NCBI GenBank assembly: GCA_964016885.1
Contig: OZ024743.1
Location: forward strand, 195,548,001-195,612,000
From: Eledone cirrhosa
Lineage: Eukaryota
Reading direction: 5' to 3'
Length of the DNA: 64,000 nucleotides
Shown: positions 59,455 through 64,000 of the stretch, piece by piece
Position numbering within the stretch: the stretch's first letter is position 1
Layout of the letters: every line of letters starts with the position of its first letter
Translations under genes and position numbers: made by a program
The notes under the pieces: generated by a model
Database searches by the model: none
Seen by the model: only the letters and a program-made list of their open reading frames with translations
Told to the model about the DNA's origin: nothing

Positions 59455-60581
59455 CCTTAAAACATTGTTAATACAAAAACAAAACATCAAATAATTTTCA
59501 TAAGACTAGACTTACTCTTAACGACAGGAAAATATTTCATTTGCAAACAACTGTTAAACCATTAAAAAAGTTCAAATAAGTCACAATAGAGTATTACTCC
59601 CATGTCTGAGATATTGGCAGATAGACATAAAGACCTACAAGAAAATGTCCCCATTTCCACACAGACATAGGCAACCGACACACTATAACTTCTCGCACGT
59701 AAACATGCTGTTTCCACATTGCTTTTTTTTACCATTACGAGTGGCGCCTGTTGCTCGAAGATGGGTATCACGTGACATGTCCACTCAGACATTCCCAATT
59801 CATTTATTTCCTCTCATGTCATCACTGTATTTTGCATACATCACCCTATCAAACATTAATCACTTTGCTCATTTCGTCCTAATCAGCATGCTGGTTGTCT
59901 GAAATTCCCCTCATGCCAATATCCTTTTGCCTATTCCGTTCAAGCATATTCCCTCTTTGCTCATGTCGTTCATTCCAAGACGATCCGATGGCGGAGAAAC
60001 TGTGGTGCTGAAGGTGAGTAAAAAAAAATGATTTACTATTTAAAATATTCTAGCTAAGGGTGTCACCATTTAAGGAAGTCCTAGAAAAACCTGGACAATT
60101 AATTGCCTTACGTTCTACTGACACTAAACAAAGAAATAAATGACATTCAGGAAAGTAGGAGCCACAAGTTACGTCTTGGCATGAATATAGTAAACTGTGT
60201 GGCCCAGTGCATCTCACTGGCGAGGTAAAACTAACGTGATCACCAAATAAATGAATTGGTCATGTTCAGTAGTTAAATGAGAAAACTAAATTTCAACTAC
60301 AATATGAGATAAGCAGCATGGACCAGTGCGTAGAACCATATCCCTAAGCTACAAGCTAAATACGTTCATGCATTAACATCAGTGGTTGTGCTTATTTTCT
60401 GCCAGTCGCTCGTTCGTGAAATTAGATAAGGCAATATCACATAATTTTTGGATTGGATTTATATTACCTCAGGGAAACTAAAACAAAACTAATCTAAAAT
60501 CGTGTTGCAGCTGTTACTTTAACAAAATGTGTGTCTTCCGAACACATACAATCCAAACACACATTCAGACATACACACTCA

Positions 60582-60645
<64 letters not shown>

Positions 60646-60733
60646 CACACACACACACACACACTCATACTGACACACAAATACACACATATGCCATGAC
60701 GGTAAGCCCATATACATACACACGCGCATACAC

Positions 60734-60779
<46 letters not shown>

Positions 60780-61067
60780 TGTGAGAAAAACCACAGACCC
60801 TCCATCTCAACTCTACTTTTGAAAAGCAGAAGAACTGCTAAACCGGTAAAGGAACCAAATAAATATATATATTTTTTTTAAATAAGACTCCAGTTCCATT
60901 TTCGATTTCATTTTTTTTTCTTTATACTCGTGTAGGACACCTCGGTTATTTTTCATTTTCTAAGAAAACCTCACTTTCTAATATATACATATATATTAGA
61001 AATATATATAGAGTCCAGAAATAGCCGTCGAAGCGGCTTGAGCTCTGCCGTCGGGGTCATACTTTTT

Positions 61068-61105
<38 letters not shown>

Positions 61106-61266
61106 ATATATAAGATCAAAAGATAGTTAAATGAGTTCCATGTATTTTATTATGCGCATTTCAAAAACAAATATCATCATGCAATAACATTTGTGTTTTC
61201 ATCAGATAAAATAGGAGGACATGATATGAAGGTTAAAAAACACTTGTGGATAGTGCAGTTTTAAAT

Positions 61267-61313
<47 letters not shown>

Positions 61314-61487
61314 ACACAGACGTATATTTAAACGTTATTTTTTAAAAATAGATTTTAATAAGAATACATGGTAGTCATGCCCTTCTCAAAATAAATCCTG
61401 ACGAGATAGGATTAAAATTCGTGTTATCCGTTACTGAAAGCTTTTTATCCGATTTTCTAATATGCGCTATCTCTCTCTCTCTCTCTC

Positions 61488-61600
<113 letters not shown>

Positions 61601-61641
61601 GAGAGACGTCTGTGTGCTATATATATATATATATATATATA

Positions 61642-62520
61642 TCCACGTGATGGTCCAGGTCAGTCAAAATCTTTCCCTGAGTTCAGTTTTTTTCCTTGCT
61701 ATGGCAATGCAGCTGGACTGCCGGTCGCTATGTTTGATTTGCAAAGCTGTCTAAACGTATTGTTATAACTCTGGGGTATTATTCTCCATCGAGTGCTAAG
61801 CTGCATTCCGAATCTGCATTCGTTAGCTTAGCCGCAGTCTAAAGCTTCGTTAATGCTGTACTAAAATTTGTATTTTTAATTACTAGAATTAACTATTAAC
61901 TGATTAATTTAATTAGACAATTCTATTGATTGATTAATTGTTTATGTTTGTTTGATAACTTCTGGTTGAGTGCTTAATTCGGTTTGTCTAAGGGTATTTC
62001 ATTCCTTTGTCCCAAATTTCGAATTCAGCGCCAAAACGGGGGTTAGCTCCCTTTGAGAAAACCACGTGTCTATAGCGAAATTTACTGCTAGAAAACACAC
62101 CCACCGAGGCTATAGAACGCAAGACGTGTTGACGAAGTAAGTCCTTTGTTCTGTCGTCAAAGGCCATTAACTTGCAGACCCCTGCAAGCGGAATTAGTCG
62201 ATCTCGGATTTACAGAAACCTAGCGTGGATGTTGTATTTTATATGTGATATATATTGTATTCTATACGATATGCATTATTGGTTGCATTCGATCTCCACG
62301 TGATGGTCCAGGTCAATCAAAATCTTTCCCTGAGTTCAGGTTTTTTCGTTGCTATGGCAATGCGGCTGGACTGCCTGTCGCTATATTTGATTTGCAAAGC
62401 TGTCTAAACGTATTGTTATAACTCTGGGGTATTATTCTCCATCGAGTGCTAAGCTGCATTCCGAATCTGCATTCGTTAGCTTGGCCGCAGTCTAAAGCTT
62501 CGTTAATGCTGTACTAAAAT
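61642..62520. mobile_element. Non-coding element with 226-bp terminal direct repeats inserted in (TA)n
   Basis: 61642-61867 is nearly identical to 62295-62520 (period 653 bp). No ORF is present. Confidence 0.75.
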
Positions 62521-62521
62521 G

Positions 62522-62560
<39 letters not shown>

Positions 62561-62759
62561 AAATATAGAGAAAAATACTGCAGGTAGCACATGGATAACA
62601 TGTAATAAAATGAGTCCCTCATCAGTGATTTGCCGACGATCATAGATATTTCATTGCATTAAAAATCATATACCTCACGTCGGTGCAATAATAACCAAAA
62701 TAAGTTATTAGGACAATTGAAACGCGTAAAGCGAGTGAGACAGGAGAACAACAAAGAGT

Positions 62760-63995
62760 ATAGCTTAAGTTTGTGAGTATGCTAAAGCAGCTGCAGAGAA
62801 ATATGAAAGCTCGGGTTACCTTCAATGGTCAACTATCTGGGGAAACCCCAATTGATAACGGAGTAAAGCAAGGTGATATTCTTGATCCTACGCTTTTCTC
62901 TATCTTCTTTGCTGCCTTGCTAACACATGATTTCCATAATTGTTACAGAGGCATTCTCTTACGGTTCAGAACCACTGGAAAAGGTTTCCACTTAAGAAGG
63001 TTTAATGCCAAGACAAAAACTGTTCAAGTTTGATCAGAGACCTTCTTTACGCCGTCGACGCTGACTTCCTAGCACATACAGAAGCTCACATGCAACACAT
63101 TATGAACCATTTCTCATCCTCATGTACAGCATTTGGGCTTAAAATGAGCTTTAAAAAGACCAAAGGAATGTATACTCCTGTTCCTGGATAACTATATACT
63201 GAAGCCCCATATCATGGTTGATGGAACCAGGTTGGGAGTAGTAGATAAATATGTCTACTTGGGTAACACACTCTCAAATGATGGCGCCTTGGATGCTGAA
63301 ATAATTCTGCGATTCCAGAAGGCCTCTGTTGCCTTCGGAAAAGTGGAAAAGAGAGTTTGTGCAAATCGCAACATTACCAACAATACCGAGGGGGTGTGTG
63401 TGTATAGATCATGTGTTCTGTCTGCTCTTTTTTACTCCGATGAAACCTGGACGCTACTCCGCAAACACGCCAATTTGCTTGAGCGTTTTCAGCAGAAATG
63501 TTTAAGGCGCATATTCAACATTAAGTGGCAAGGCAGAAGTCCTGACATCCATGTCTTTATCGAAGCAGAATGTCAAGCATTGAGTCCCAAGTAACATCTT
63601 CTAAAATGCGCTGGACAGGACATATCGTCTGCATGAAAGAAAGCAGGATCCCGAAGCAACTGTTTTACGGTGAGCTCCATCTTCGAAAAAGGGCTCAACA
63701 GAAACCGAAAATGAGGTTCAAGGGCAGCATCAAGAACAACCTCAATGAACTGACATTTGATGTAGACAACTGGGAGGAGATAGCTCTAAATAGGACTGAG
63801 TGGAGAGAGTGCATAAAGGGGAGTTGCAAAACTCTTGAGAAATATCCTCTAGAACATAGATAACTGAAGCTTCAGCTCTGGAAGGGCTGTGCTCACAGTC
63901 TTGATGAAGTCATCAGTAGCTGGACATGCAATTTCTGTCAGTGTGTACTCCTCTCAAAGGCTGGTTATGTTAATAATCTGAAGTCACATAAAAAG
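62760..63995 (+). pseudogene. RTE-clade LINE ORF2 (RT to C-terminus), 5'-truncated and frameshifted
   Basis: NGVKQGDILDPTLFSIFF, DLLYAVD (YADD), FGLKMSFKKTK, YVYLGNTLS, MRWTGHIVCM..RIPKQLFYGEL. Confidence 0.92.
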
Positions 63996-64000
63996 ATAAC

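Noticed and set aside
61652-61730. Possible HDV-like ribozyme or SECIS (GGUCCAG/CUGGACU helix after GUGA)
   Set aside because: No P3/L3 (UCC..GC) or P1.1 elements, and no 3' GA quartet for a SECIS.
62160-62200. Possible twister ribozyme
   Set aside because: UAA and CAAGC are present, but the P4 loop and pseudoknot pairings do not fit.

Overview
AT-rich, microsatellite-dense eukaryotic DNA, most likely from an octopus or other cephalopod (inferred from the abundant tRNA-headed SINE family). No host gene is confidently identifiable, and almost all ORFs in the track are translations of (TA)n/(CA)n/(GA)n repeats. The window is a retroelement graveyard. It holds several Penelope-like elements (PLEs, including a Naiad-type RT+GIY-YIG copy) inserted in (TA)n tracts, a near-full-length but frameshifted CRE-clade non-LTR element with an N-terminal PHD finger plus four CRE fragments, RTE and Tx1/L1 LINE fragments, tandem SINE clusters and a hAT-like MITE. 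The most notable signal is non-coding: about ten type I hammerhead ribozyme (HHR) motifs. Two are perfect minimal HHRs 472 nt apart in an ORF-less, hairpin-rich tandem repeat (21105-21977) that looks like a retrozyme/circRNA-producing unit. Several long fold-back palindromes carry HHRs or break within HHR stem II. Everything was read by eye, and repeat boundaries are approximate unless exact motifs are quoted.
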